A DNA stretch of 62,298 nt from a bacterium (lineage in GTDB: Bacteria > Patescibacteriota > Minisyncoccia > Moranbacterales > UBA2206). The DNA lies in assembly GCA_029567195.1 (NCBI GenBank), contig JAKQLJ010000038.1, positions 1 through 62,298 of the forward strand, in the 5' to 3' direction. Made by a program: the position numbers and the translations under genes. The notes below the pieces were generated by a model that was given only the letters and a program-made list of their open reading frames with translations, ran no database searches and was not told where the DNA came from. Below are positions 26,893 to 36,734 of this stretch, piece after piece (position 1 is the stretch's first letter; every line of letters starts with the position of its first letter).

Positions 26893-27450
26893 TTAGGCTC
26901 TGCCGACATATTCTCCCTTTTCCGTATTGATTATTATTTCATCGCCTTCTTTTATAAAAAGAGGAGTGCTGACCTTAAGGCCTGTTTCCAGGACCACTAC
27001 CTTGCCTCCGGTGGAGGCGGTATTGCCCTTTATTCCAGGCGGAGCCTCCGTGACTTTAAGGGAAATTTTAATGGGCAATTCAACATTTATCGGATTGGAG
27101 TTAAAATTAAGAATCGTTATTTCCGTTCCTTCTTTTAGATAATTTATTGTTTCACCCAAAACGGCGGAAGACAGAGAAAACTGTTCATAACTTTCCGTAT
27201 CCATAAAATAATATTCCGTTCCTTCCTTATAGGTGTATTGAGCTTTTGATTTGGAAATGTCAGCTTCTTCAACTTGTTCCGCACCCTGAAAAGTTTTTTC
27301 CAAAACTGTTCCGGTGGTTAAGTTTTTCAGCCTTGTCCGAAGAACCGATCCCGCTCTTCCCGTTTTGGAATGTTCCTGATAAAGCACGGTATAGGGAACG
27401 CCGCTCAAAATTATGTTCTTTCCTGTTTTTATTTCGTTTATTGATAGCAT
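26893..27450 (-). CDS. efp: Elongation factor P
   Basis: KNL.TG..LEKTF, YFMD.E.YEQ, PGIKGNT, LETG, INTE.GEYVGRA. Confidence 0.97.
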   Translation of the reverse strand: MLSINEIKTGKNIILSGVPYTVLYQEHSKTGRAGSVLRTRLKNLTTGTVLEKTFQGAEQVEEADISKSKAQYTYKEGTEYYFMDTESYEQFSLSSAVLGETINYLKEGTEITILNFNSNPINVELPIKISLKVTEAPPGIKGNTASTGGKVVVLETGLKVSTPLFIKEGDEIIINTEKGEYVGRA

Positions 27451-27465
27451 TGTTTAAAAAACAAA

Positions 27466-27511
27466 TACACAATAACATCTTTTCATGTTATGTGATACGT
27501 GTTATGTGATT
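27466..27511. repeat. Heptamer array (TGTTATG/TGATACG)
   Basis: TGTTATGTGATACGTGTTATGTGAT with an inverted AACACAATAACA partner. Confidence 0.6.
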
Positions 27512-27512
27512 A

Positions 27513-27731
27513 CTATTTTACTACAAAAGGAACCAGCGCCATAACGCGGGCTTTTTTGATAGCATTGGATAGAGTCCTTTGATGCTTGGCGCAAGTGCCG
27601 TGCCGCTTTGGCGGATAAATTTTTCCCTGGGAATTCATAAAACGGCGGATGAGATAGGCATCCTTGAAATCAATCTTGTCCATTTTGTTCTGGCAAAAAT
27701 AGCAAAGTTTTTTTTCTTGTTGTACTTCCAT
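27513..27731 (-). CDS. rpsR: 30S ribosomal protein S18 (Zn-motif form)
   Basis: CYFC, IDFKD, GKI.P, CAKHQR. Confidence 0.97.
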   Translation of the reverse strand: MEVQQEKKLCYFCQNKMDKIDFKDAYLIRRFMNSQGKIYPPKRHGTCAKHQRTLSNAIKKARVMALVPFVVK

Positions 27732-27785
27732 TATTTTTCTCTAATTTATTATTAACAGATTAAATTTGCATATAGTCAGCAATAG

Positions 27786-28265
27786 TTAAAACGGCACGTC
27801 TTCTATTTTTACTTCTTCTTCCTCATCCAAGTTGATGGTGGGAATTTCTTCAGCCGGAGTTTCCTTAACAGAAGAGGCGGGAGCGGGGAAATTGTTATTG
27901 CTGGCCGGTCTTTGCGTGAAAGAACCGGTGCCGCCTTGAGCTCTTTGGCCCAATTGCATATTTTCGGCAATAACCTCGGTTACTCTTCTTTCCGTTCCAT
28001 CCTTAGCGGTATATTTTCTGTTTTCAATTCTGCCTTCAATGAATGCTTCCTGTCCTTTAGTCAGATATTGTCCGGCAATTTCCGCCAGTCTTCCCCAAAG
28101 AATAACATTGTGAAATTCTGTTTTTTCCTGTCTCTGGCCGTTTTTATCTTTCCAAAATCGGTTGGTGGCCATAGAAATGGAGGCGACAGTCTGGCCGGAG
28201 GAAGTGTTTCTTATTTCCGGATCGCGTGTTAAGCGCCCGACAAGAAGAACTTTGTTGACATTCAT
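27786..28265 (-). CDS. ssb: Single-stranded DNA-binding protein
   Basis: NKV.LVGRLTRDPE ... IEDVPF. Confidence 0.98.
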   Translation of the reverse strand: MNVNKVLLVGRLTRDPEIRNTSSGQTVASISMATNRFWKDKNGQRQEKTEFHNVILWGRLAEIAGQYLTKGQEAFIEGRIENRKYTAKDGTERRVTEVIAENMQLGQRAQGGTGSFTQRPASNNNFPAPASSVKETPAEEIPTINLDEEEEVKIEDVPF

Positions 28266-28271
28266 TGATGT

Positions 28272-28365
28272 TATTATCTCGAATTATCTCTAATTTTTTC
28301 TCGAATCATCCCGAATTATTTCCGTTCGAGATTATTAGTGATTAAATTCGTGATTGATTAGTGAT
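28272..28365. repeat. Degenerate inverted short-unit tandem arrays
   Basis: CTCGAATTAT-like units facing TTAGTGATT-like units between rpsF and ssb. Confidence 0.5.
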
Positions 28366-28844
28366 TAAATATTCAATATTTCTTCTAATTTTTTATCAAT
28401 GTCATCTTCTTTGGAAATTTCCTTTTCTTTCTTTTGGGAAACTTCTGCTTCTTTTTCGATTTGTTTCTTTTCTTCTTTCTTCTCCGGCTTAGCTTCAGGA
28501 GAAGGGACGCTTTTTTGAGTAGCTTCGGCTATTCTTTCCTCTTTTGATTTTAATTCGGGAATCTCATCAGCTTTACTGATGATAAACCGAAGGATGTCCT
28601 GGTTTAGGTTGGTTTTTTTGCTGATATCCTTGATAGCTTCAGGATCTTCCAGAGAAAATCTCTGAGCTACATAAAGTCCGTGAGTCTCGTGTTTTATTTT
28701 ATAAGCCAGTTTTCTTTTTTCTCTGGTTTCTTTCTCTTCAAAAACTCCACCGGAAGAAGTGACAATTTTTTTTATTTCTTCAATAATTTTTTCTGCTTCT
28801 GCTTCCCTGGAAGCGCCGATCAGATAGAATATTTCGTATCTCAT
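28365..28844 (-). CDS. rpsF: 30S ribosomal protein S6 with charged C-terminal extension
   Basis: MRYEI.Y, RKLAYKIK, ILRFII; rpsF-ssb-rpsR order. Confidence 0.95.
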   Translation of the reverse strand: MRYEIFYLIGASREAEAEKIIEEIKKIVTSSGGVFEEKETREKRKLAYKIKHETHGLYVAQRFSLEDPEAIKDISKKTNLNQDILRFIISKADEIPELKSKEERIAEATQKSVPSPEAKPEKKEEKKQIEKEAEVSQKKEKEISKEDDIDKKLEEILNI

Positions 28845-29172
28845 AATTAATCGCGAAAGTAGAACTAATTGATAGCGAATAAAGGTAATTATTCGTTCCG
28901 ATTAGCTTTATTTTCGATCTGTTTAGCAAATTATATAAAAACCGCCCAAGGAAAGCCTCCGATAGCGGATTATATCTTCCTATCCTCTGAGTGATTATAA
29001 GGCGGGAAGATTATGGGACTTTCTTTATTAAGGACAGTATAATATGTCTTTTCTGTTCAGTCAAGTTCCGCTTGATTTTTCCGATAGTCAGCGATAATAT
29101 AAATGTAGTATTTTGACAAAAATTGCTAAATAAAAGCGAAATATAAATCCAATAAGAAAGGAGAAAAATACG

Positions 29173-29604
29173 ATGCTTTATCAAGAAAAACCAGATGGTT
29201 TTTGCCCTGATATTGAAGCGGTGGGGTGCTTGGTGATTGTTGACAATGAAATATTGATGCTTCAGAGACCGCTTGATCATTCCTTGTATCCTAATCTCTG
29301 GGGTTTTCCTTCGGGCAAGATTGAAAAGGAAGAAGTGCCACTCAGAGCTATAATTCGTGAACTTTGGCAAGAAACAGGAATAAAAGCGAACGGCATCAGA
29401 TTTTTGGGAAAAGTCTATATTGTTTTTCCCCAATTGAGTTTTCCATATCACATTTTTCGACTCGATCTTTTAGGAAAGCCGGAAATCGAAATTAATCCCG
29501 ATGAACACGTTGGCGCCAAATTTGTTAATCCCCAGGACATCATTGAATTTCCACACAAATATATCGGGGATACTGACGCTTGCATCAAACAATTTTATAG
29601 GTAA
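29173..29604 (+). CDS. NUDIX hydrolase
   Basis: GKIEKEEVPLRAIIRELWQETG Nudix box; AAGGAG SD. Confidence 0.9.
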   Translation: MLYQEKPDGFCPDIEAVGCLVIVDNEILMLQRPLDHSLYPNLWGFPSGKIEKEEVPLRAIIRELWQETGIKANGIRFLGKVYIVFPQLSFPYHIFRLDLLGKPEIEINPDEHVGAKFVNPQDIIEFPHKYIGDTDACIKQFYR

Positions 29605-29647
29605 GCAGAGACCAGGAGAAATCCTGGTTTATTTTTTTAAAACTTTT

Positions 29648-30748
29648 TTAGATTTTAAATTCAATCACATCGCCGTCTTGAACGATATATTCTTTTCCCT
29701 CCAATCTTAATTTGCCCGCTTCTCGGGCTTTTGACCAGGAACCGATTTTGAGAAGTTCATCCCACTGGATCACTTCCGCTCTGATAAATTTTTCCAGAAA
29801 ATCAGTGTGGATGGCGGCGCCGGCCTGGGGAGCGGTGGAATTCTTTTTTATGGTCCAGGCGCGCGATTCATCTTCTCCCGTAGTAAGGAAAGTGATAAGG
29901 CCGAGAGTGTAATAAGCTTTTATTATAAGTTCGCTCAAGCTAGATCTGATGCCGAGCTCTTGTGCTTCAGCTTCTGTCATTTCCAAGAGCTCCTCTTCTA
30001 TTTTGATATCCAGCTTCACCCCGTTGAATAGCGGCGGAGCCGCTACGCCTTTGGCGTATTCAACGGGGTTAACATGATTTTTACTTTCCAATTCAGCCGG
30101 CAATTCCTTGTTTATATCCGAAACATTATAAACATAAATAAAAGGCTTCATAGTGAGAAGTGAAAGCTCGCGGACTATAAGAAGGGTATTTTCTTCTTCC
30201 ATATCCAATCTTACCTCATTAGCCAAGCGGCCTTCTTCCAGGATATTCTTAATTTTATTGATCACTTCCAATTGGATGTCGGATCCCTTCTTATTCCCAC
30301 GCAGATCTTTTTCTATCCGTGCTCCTACTTTTTTGACAGTTTCAAGATCAGCCAGAATGAGTTCGGTGTTGATGACTTCAATATCACCCAGAGGATCGAT
30401 CTGATTGTGCACGTGAATGATGTTGGGATTTTGAAATGCGCGGACAACTTGGACGATGGCGTCTACTTCGCGGATATTGGCCAGGAATTTATTGCCCAAG
30501 CCTTCGCCAGTGGAAGCGCCTTTGACCAGTCCGGCTATATCAACGAATTCAATGACCGCCGGAACAACTTTTTTGGATCTGGACATACTGGCCAGTTTTT
30601 CCAGCCGCTCGTCAGGCACCTTAACAATCCCGACATTCGGTTCGATAGTGCAAAAAGGATAATTATTAATATCCACCGGATTTTTGGTGAGAGCCTTAAA
30701 AAGGGTTGATTTCCCGACATTAGGCAGTCCGACGATTCCTATCTTCAT
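29648..30748 (-). CDS. ychF: Redox-regulated ATPase YchF
   Basis: [42 protein letters not shown] domain. Confidence 0.97.
   Translation of the reverse strand: MKIGIVGLPNVGKSTLFKALTKNPVDINNYPFCTIEPNVGIVKVPDERLEKLASMSRSKKVVPAVIEFVDIAGLVKGASTGEGLGNKFLANIREVDAIVQVVRAFQNPNIIHVHNQIDPLGDIEVINTELILADLETVKKVGARIEKDLRGNKKGSDIQLEVINKIKNILEEGRLANEVRLDMEEENTLLIVRELSLLTMKPFIYVYNVSDINKELPAELESKNHVNPVEYAKGVAAPPLFNGVKLDIKIEEELLEMTEAEAQELGIRSSLSELIIKAYYTLGLITFLTTGEDESRAWTIKKNSTAPQAGAAIHTDFLEKFIRAEVIQWDELLKIGSWSKAREAGKLRLEGKEYIVQDGDVIEFKI
30017..30070. repeat. In-frame palindromic insertion in ychF, CCCGTT family
   Basis: ACCCCGTTGAAT / ATTCAACGGGGT with two inner hairpins; 18 codons. Confidence 0.85.
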
Positions 30749-30751
30749 TTT

Positions 30752-30800
30752 TTACGAATTACTAATTTAATACTAATATACGAATAGTAGTATAGTATAA
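30752..30800. repeat. Degenerate heptamer array (ACGAATT/ACTAATA)
   Basis: ACGAATTACTAATTTAATACTAATATACGAATA. Confidence 0.5.
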
Positions 30801-30813
30801 TGGTTTTATCAAT

Positions 30814-31380
30814 ATGATACTCAAACGCAACTTTTATAATCAAAATACGATAAGGGTCGCCAAAGAGCTTCTTGGCTGTTTTTTGGTACGGGAATACAGG
30901 GGGAAAATTATAAAAGCCATTATCACAGAAGTAGAGGCTTATCGCGGCGAACACGATCTAGCCAGTCACGCATCAAAAGGAAGAACTGACCGCACGGAAA
31001 TTATGTACGGCCATCCGGGATATGCCTATATCTATATGATCTACGGGATGTATTTTATGTTAAATATCGTGACGGAAGAAAAAGATTTTCCGGCCGCAAT
31101 CCTGATCCGCGCTATAAAAATTACAAATTCATCCTCCTCTGCCCGAGGGGAGGAATTGAAGGAGGGGAGAGAGATAAAAGGTCCGGGGAAAATGACAAAA
31201 TTCTTGCATATCGATAAATCTTTAAATGGTCATGATCTGACTAAAAGAAAAAAGCTTTGGCTGGAATCTGCTGCTAATAAAAAGCGTCTAAAAATCATAA
31301 AATCCCCGCGGGTGGGGATTGATTATGCACGTCATTGCAAAAGTTGGCAGTGGAATTTCAAATTCGAAAATAAATCTTAA
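30814..31380 (+). CDS. mpg: DNA-3-methyladenine glycosylase (AAG/MPG family)
   Basis: ITEVEAY.G..D.ASH, AYIYMIYG, AILIRA, GPGK, RVGI. Confidence 0.93.
   Translation: MILKRNFYNQNTIRVAKELLGCFLVREYRGKIIKAIITEVEAYRGEHDLASHASKGRTDRTEIMYGHPGYAYIYMIYGMYFMLNIVTEEKDFPAAILIRAIKITNSSSSARGEELKEGREIKGPGKMTKFLHIDKSLNGHDLTKRKKLWLESAANKKRLKIIKSPRVGIDYARHCKSWQWNFKFENKS
31128..31172. repeat. In-frame palindromic insertion in mpg (DUF559-flank family)
   Basis: TCCTCCTCTGCCCGAGGGGAGGAATTGAAGGAGGGG, similar to 35453-35494. Confidence 0.65.
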
Positions 31381-31530
31381 TAAGTGGTATTTTGACGAAA
31401 TTATTAATTGATAGGAGATTGTTAATTTGCCGGTTAGGCGAAAGCTATTGACAAATTTTTTATGGCATGATAGTTTAACTAGTCAATAAAAGTTCTTTAA
31501 TGATACTTCAAAAAGAAGAAGGAGAGTTTT

Positions 31531-31761
31531 ATGGATCCAAGGGGAGAACTAGAGAGGAAAAGAGGGGGATTGCCTTCGAGTATTTGTGAATCAATTGAGT
31601 CTTTTTGGGCGGATATGATGCCGGTGGAAAATTACAAACCCGAGTGGTTTAGCGCTTTCATTGCTTTTTGGGCCGCTTGCGGTCTAATAAGCGAAGAGGA
31701 CATGCTTCATTCTGTATTCGTATACGAACAACTTTACCAAGAAGAATTTTCCATAAACTAA
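31531..31761 (+). CDS. Small hypothetical protein
   Basis: TTGACA promoter, AAGGAG SD and a downstream bidirectional terminator. Confidence 0.6.
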   Translation: MDPRGELERKRGGLPSSICESIESFWADMMPVENYKPEWFSAFIAFWAACGLISEEDMLHSVFVYEQLYQEEFSIN

Positions 31762-31805
31762 AACCGCCAAAGTAAAAAATACTGAGGCGGTTTTTTTCGT
31801 TTGTT

Positions 31806-32195
31806 TTATTGTCTGGTTTCTTTGACTTTTTCAAGAGCTAATCTGGCGTAAGCTTCCACAAACCTTTTTTCATCAAACGCCGGGCTCTGGTTAGCTAAAG
31901 CATTTTTCATTTTTCTTTGAAACTCCTGGCTGTGTAAGATTTCCATCGCTTTCATTTTTTTAGCTTCTACGACTTTTTGGTCAGCCCCGGGAGGCGTCAA
32001 TTCTCCGATTTTTTCATAAATTTTGCTGACTAATGCGGCTATTTTATCCAAATTTTCCACAGAAGTCTCAGCCTCTCGCATAACTTTTTTGGGATCAGCC
32101 GTTTCCAATTCGGCGACTTCCCGGTCGCTTAATTCTGTGACTGGTATTTTATTTTCATCCGGCTTTTTTGTTGGAGGCATTTCAAAACCACGCAT
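31806..32195 (-). CDS. Hypothetical helical protein
   Basis: 129 aa charged ORF convergent on the terminator. Confidence 0.6.
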   Translation of the reverse strand: MRGFEMPPTKKPDENKIPVTELSDREVAELETADPKKVMREAETSVENLDKIAALVSKIYEKIGELTPPGADQKVVEAKKMKAMEILHSQEFQRKMKNALANQSPAFDEKRFVEAYARLALEKVKETRQ

Positions 32196-32319
32196 ATGCT
32201 TTATCTTAATTTTTATACTTCTATTCTCTCATAACCTGTTTTTTATGTAAATACCGTCCGGGAGTGGAAAATAATCGGCTCATTTGCTATCATAAAACCA
32301 TAAGTTTTTAAAAAAAATT

Positions 32320-33693
32320 ATGGGAAAATCAATAAATCCGGCTATTTTCAAAGCTTATGATGTTCGGGGCATATATCCGGAGGAAATAGACGAAATGACA
32401 GTTTATAAGACAGCCAAGGCTTATTGCGAATATGTGAAGCCAAGGGAGGTCGTTATTGGATCAGACATCAGGCTTTCATCTCCGTCCTTAAAAAAGGCGG
32501 CAATAAAGGCCGTGACTGATCAGGGGATAAAAGTCATTGATGTGGGCGAAATTTCCACCGACATGCTGTATTTTTCCGTGGCCAATTACGGCTATTCCGG
32601 AGGATTTTCCATAACCGCTTCGCATAATCCAAAAGAATATAACGGTATGAAGTTTGTCCGGGAAAAGTCCCATCCCATTTCTTCCGATACCGGACTTTTT
32701 GAGATAAGGGATATGGCCGTAGAAATGGATCTGGATGAAAGTGTTTTGGAAGGGGAGGCGGACAATAATCTTATCGAGAAGAAAGAAATTCTTGACCAAT
32801 ATATTTTAAAAATAAAATCTTTTGCCGATTTTTCCAAATTCAAGAAGTTTAAAATTGTGGCCAATGCCAATTTTGGTTTGGCTGGAAAGGCGCTAGACGA
32901 GCTTGTGAAAGGAAGTGAAATGGAGATAGTGAAATTAAATTATGAACCGGATGGCAATTTTCCTAAAGGGCGGCCGGATCCCCTGATTCCTGAAAACCGG
33001 GAGGAAATTTCGAAATTAGTTGTGGAATCGGAGGCGGATTTCGGAGTAGCTTGGGATGCCGATGCCGACCGATGTTTCTTCTTTACGGAAAAAGGGGAAT
33101 TTATCGAAGGTTATTTTATCACCGCTCTTTTGGGAAGTATATTTTTGGAAAGAAAACCGGGCGAAACTATCATCCATGATACAAGACTGACTTGGGCGAT
33201 AGAGGATATTGTCAGGGAAAAAGGCGGGCGGGACGTTGCCACCAAGGCCGGCCATGCCTTCATCAAAGAAAGAATGAGAAAAGAAGATGCGGTATTTGGC
33301 GGAGAGATGAGCGCCCATTATTATTTCCGGAATTATTTTTATTGCGATAACGGTATGATTCCGCTGGTGATGATAATGGAGTTTCTTTCTTCTCAAGAAA
33401 AACCTTTTTCAGAAATTATGCGAGAAATGTTTTGGGGAAAATATTATGTTAGCGGGGAAATAAACAACCAAGTGGCTGAAGTGAAAGCGGTTATCGAAAA
33501 AGCCAAGGAAAAATATGCCCAGAGCGCAACGAATGTTGATGAAACAGATGGCGTTTCCATTGAATTTGAAAACTGGAGATTTAATCTTCGTGGTTCTAAC
33601 ACCGAACCGGTTATTCGGCTCAATGTCGAAGCTCGCTCCAAAGAGCTTATGGAAGAGAAAAGAGACGAATTGCTGAAAATCGTTAGAGAATAA
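32320..33693 (+). CDS. Phosphomannomutase/phosphoglucomutase
   Basis: FKAYDVRG, TASHNP, DADADR, GGEMSAH. Confidence 0.95.
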   Translation: MGKSINPAIFKAYDVRGIYPEEIDEMTVYKTAKAYCEYVKPREVVIGSDIRLSSPSLKKAAIKAVTDQGIKVIDVGEISTDMLYFSVANYGYSGGFSITASHNPKEYNGMKFVREKSHPISSDTGLFEIRDMAVEMDLDESVLEGEADNNLIEKKEILDQYILKIKSFADFSKFKKFKIVANANFGLAGKALDELVKGSEMEIVKLNYEPDGNFPKGRPDPLIPENREEISKLVVESEADFGVAWDADADRCFFFTEKGEFIEGYFITALLGSIFLERKPGETIIHDTRLTWAIEDIVREKGGRDVATKAGHAFIKERMRKEDAVFGGEMSAHYYFRNYFYCDNGMIPLVMIMEFLSSQEKPFSEIMREMFWGKYYVSGEINNQVAEVKAVIEKAKEKYAQSATNVDETDGVSIEFENWRFNLRGSNTEPVIRLNVEARSKELMEEKRDELLKIVRE

Positions 33694-33729
33694 AAAAAGA
33701 GGGAACCTGGGAGGTTCCCTGAACTTCTA

Positions 33730-34401
33730 TCAATATTGAAAGCGAATGAGATTGGCTATTCTTTTGATGAGCGGCCAATTATCCCGAATCTGTCCGTGGG
33801 CGCTGGCAAGAGCAAGCGCCAAGGAGATTACCAGCAAAGCGGCGACTAATATAAGAGCCGAAGTATCTTCTATGTTTGAATATTTTAAATCAAACATAAT
33901 AGCCCAACATACGACTGCTGAAGATTCGAAGCCCATTTTCCACCGGCCGAAATTATTGGCGCGAACCTTGGCACCCGAGAGAGAAACGACAGAGCCGACT
34001 GTCAAAAGAATAACTTCAATAATCCCAATAATAAGCATCATTTTGCAGATAAAACCGGCCAGTAGAAAGGGGATTGTTTCATAACTTCTATACATAAAGA
34101 AAAAGGCGGAGAGAATAAGAAACTTGTCCCTGATCTTATCAAGTGCCGATCCTAAAGCTGTGGATTGTCCGAAATGTTTAGCGGCCATTCCATCAAGCTT
34201 ATCTGACAAAACAGCTCCGACCAAGAGGGCAAAAGTATAAAAGCTAGCTGTCTCATGCCATCTTAAGGTTGTCATTTTCCAAGTCAGGAAAAGACCAATC
34301 AGGGTGATAAGGTTGGCCAGCGTGGAATTTATCCAAATTTTCATACAAACCCAAACCGCAGTGGCCGACAGAATTCTCAAAGAACCTTGCAATATAAACA
34401 T
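33730..34401 (-). CDS. CDP-alcohol phosphatidyltransferase family protein
   Basis: ANLIT, DKLDGMAAK..G..T.LG..LDKIRDK. Confidence 0.9.
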   Translation of the reverse strand: MFILQGSLRILSATAVWVCMKIWINSTLANLITLIGLFLTWKMTTLRWHETASFYTFALLVGAVLSDKLDGMAAKHFGQSTALGSALDKIRDKFLILSAFFFMYRSYETIPFLLAGFICKMMLIIGIIEVILLTVGSVVSLSGAKVRANNFGRWKMGFESSAVVCWAIMFDLKYSNIEDTSALILVAALLVISLALALASAHGQIRDNWPLIKRIANLIRFQY

Positions 34402-34438
34402 AACCCCTCCCTTTTTAAGATATATGTTTCTTATATTT

Positions 34439-35449
34439 TTATATAATAAACCCGATTTTCTTTTTGACTTCGTCTAATTTTGTTTTAGCAATTGGTCGGA
34501 CTTTTTTGGCTCCTTCTAGTAATATTTCCAAAACTTTTTCGTCGGACAATTCGGCAATTTTTTTCTGGAAAGGCTTCAAGAATTCCACTACAATGTCAGC
34601 CAGGTCGGATTTGAATTCGGCGTATCCTTTGCCTTCATATTTCTTTTCAATTTCTTTGGCAGAAATATCTGAGAGCAGGGAATAGATATTGATAAGATTC
34701 ATCAGTGCCGGCTTGTCATCCCGATATACTATTTCGCTACCAGAGTCAGTGACGGCTTTTTTAATTTTTCGTCTGACTGTTTCTTCATCATCGGTAAGGG
34801 CGATATAGTTATATTCCGAAGCGGCAGATTTACTCATCTTCTTGGTTGGATCGTCGAGTCCCATAATCCGCATCCCTTCTTTCTGTACATGGCCTTCAGG
34901 AATGACAAAAGTTTCTCCAAACTTATTATTAAAACGCTTAGCTAATATTCTTGTCAATTCGATATGTTGCAGCTGGTCTTCGCCAACCGGCACTAAATTA
35001 GTGTCATACAAAAGAATATCCGCTGCCATAAGAATAGGGTAATTAAAAATTCCCAAGGGGACGCTTTCAGATAAATCTTTATTTCCAGTGGCTAGTTCAG
35101 ATTTGTCTTTAAATTGTGTCATGCGGGACAGCTCTCCCGTTTTTGCGATCGTGTTAAGAATCCAAGACAATTCAGCATGCTCGCTGACATGTGACTGAAT
35201 AAAAAGAGAACATTTTGCTGGGTCAATTCCGGATGCCAGATAGATCTTAGCTACGTCCAATGTTTTTCTTTTTAACTCTTCCGGGTCTCGGGGAAGTGTT
35301 ATAGCGTGCATATCGACTACGCAAAATATCGATTCAAACTCATCCTGAAGCTTTACCCAATTTTTTAGAGCTCCTAAGTAATTACCGATGTGAATTGTTC
35401 CTGACGGCGCTACGCCGGAGAAGATTCGTTTTTTCATTATAGTTTTCAT
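34439..35449 (-). CDS. trpS: Tryptophan--tRNA ligase
   Basis: HIGNY, YPILMAADIL, KKMSKS. Confidence 0.98.
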   Translation of the reverse strand: MKTIMKKRIFSGVAPSGTIHIGNYLGALKNWVKLQDEFESIFCVVDMHAITLPRDPEELKRKTLDVAKIYLASGIDPAKCSLFIQSHVSEHAELSWILNTIAKTGELSRMTQFKDKSELATGNKDLSESVPLGIFNYPILMAADILLYDTNLVPVGEDQLQHIELTRILAKRFNNKFGETFVIPEGHVQKEGMRIMGLDDPTKKMSKSAASEYNYIALTDDEETVRRKIKKAVTDSGSEIVYRDDKPALMNLINIYSLLSDISAKEIEKKYEGKGYAEFKSDLADIVVEFLKPFQKKIAELSDEKVLEILLEGAKKVRPIAKTKLDEVKKKIGFII

Positions 35450-35452
35450 TTT

Positions 35453-35494
35453 CCTCCCCTCCTCAGATGAGGAGGGGAATTAAAGGGGAGGAGT
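35453..35494. repeat. Palindromic flank (3') of the DUF559 gene
   Basis: CTCCCCTCCTCAGATGAGGAGGGGAATTAAAGGGGAGG. Confidence 0.8.
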
Positions 35495-35501
35495 TGAAAA
35501 A

Positions 35502-35852
35502 CTAAAAGTATTTTTCAATTTCCAAACAAACTCCCTTTAAATTATTATTAATGTCATTATTCCAAAACCTTAATACCTTATATCCCAATTTTTGAAAGTA
35601 TGCCGTTCTTTCTTTGTCATACTTTTTATTGTTTTCTAGCGTATGTTGCCAACCATCAAGTTCAATTATCAGTTTCTTTTCCGGGCAGTAAAAATCGGCG
35701 ATATACTTTCCGATAGAGTGTTGCCTTCTAAATTTATAACCAAATTGTTTTATCCTTAATCTTGACCAAAGAATTATTTCCTGTGCAGTCGGGTTGTTTC
35801 TTAATGTTTTTCTTGATTTTAATTTTTCTTTTATATCATGAACGGTTCTCAT
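35502..35852 (-). CDS. DUF559 / Vsr-like small endonuclease
   Basis: LRNNPT..E..LW, KFRRQHSIG.YIADFYC, IELDGWQH, D.ERT, RFWN. Confidence 0.92.
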   Translation of the reverse strand: MRTVHDIKEKLKSRKTLRNNPTAQEIILWSRLRIKQFGYKFRRQHSIGKYIADFYCPEKKLIIELDGWQHTLENNKKYDKERTAYFQKLGYKVLRFWNNDINNNLKGVCLEIEKYF

Positions 35853-35857
35853 TTTTT

Positions 35858-35907
35858 CACCTCCCCTTTGTCCCTTCGGGACATTTCCCCTCATCTGAGG
35901 GGAAAGG
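35858..35907. repeat. Palindromic flank (5') of the DUF559 gene
   Basis: CACCTCCCCTTTGTCCCTTCGGGACATTTCCCCTCATCTGAGGGGAAAGGG. Confidence 0.8.
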
Positions 35908-36007
35908 GTATCGAATTAATTCCATCTTATCCTAGATTTTCAGAAACTACAAGCTATGCTAAAATATTCTCTGTGGCCACAGAGGCTATCTTTTTAATTT
36001 TTTTATT

Positions 36008-36058
36008 CTATGGAATACGCCGCAAAGCGGAGTGGCAAAGCCACTATTCCACGGGGTG
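36008..36058. repeat. Palindromic element, CCCGTT family (intergenic copy)
   Basis: GAATACGCC..GCG.AG.GGC...GCC.CTATT..ACGGGGTGAA aligns with the ychF insert. Confidence 0.7.
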
Positions 36059-36072
36059 AAATTCAAATAATT

Positions 36073-36426
36073 ATGCGAAACATCCAGGAAGTGTATAACG
36101 AACTGCAGGAGAATAAAAAAGAGCAAAAAAGTATCAAGCGAGAATATAAAGATGCTCTTGCCAATGCCAATGAATACGAGGAAACAGTGGCAAAACTAAA
36201 AGAGTTGAAAGAAAAGAAAAAACAAATAGAAAATCTTGCTCAAGCGCGGCTGGGTGTCAGATGGGATGAATATGAGAAGTTGAAAGCTAAATCAACGGAA
36301 CTGGACCAGATGATAACCGATATCGCCATGACTACTCTTATGGACGGAAAAACAGTGGAAATTAAGGATGAATTTAATAATGCTTACGAGCCGGTTTATA
36401 AAATAAGCTTCAGAAAGATTGTATAA
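36073..36426 (+). CDS. Conserved coiled-coil hypothetical protein
   Basis: Likely start MRNIQEVY; the ORF-track N-terminus is derived from the repeat. Confidence 0.7.
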   Translation: MRNIQEVYNELQENKKEQKSIKREYKDALANANEYEETVAKLKELKEKKKQIENLAQARLGVRWDEYEKLKAKSTELDQMITDIAMTTLMDGKTVEIKDEFNNAYEPVYKISFRKIV

Positions 36427-36734
36427 TTGATTGATTTACTTTTTCTTTCCGCAAGAAAAAGTAACAAAAAAAACTCTCTGCCCAAGTTCATTCACTAACA
36501 AATTTTCAGCTTTCTCGCTAAATTTACTAATCTCGCCAAGGCGAGACAAGATGAGTAAATTTTTAACGCTCGAAAGCCTTAATTTGTAGTAGCGTCTGAA
36601 CTAGGCATAATTAAAGAATTAAGAAGAGCGAGATTAAATCTCGCTCTTCTTGAAGAATAATTTATACTTCAATAACCACCCCGGAATGACCACCCCGTAA
36701 AGTCGCCTTAACGGCGATAATGGGGCAAGTTGGT

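Noticed and set aside
28850-29000. S6:S18-binding rpsF leader RNA
   Set aside because: Could not be separated from the tandem-repeat array by eye.
36010-36072. ORF-track N-terminal extension MEYAAKRSGKATIPRGE
   Set aside because: It is translated palindromic element; ATG 36073 is the better start.
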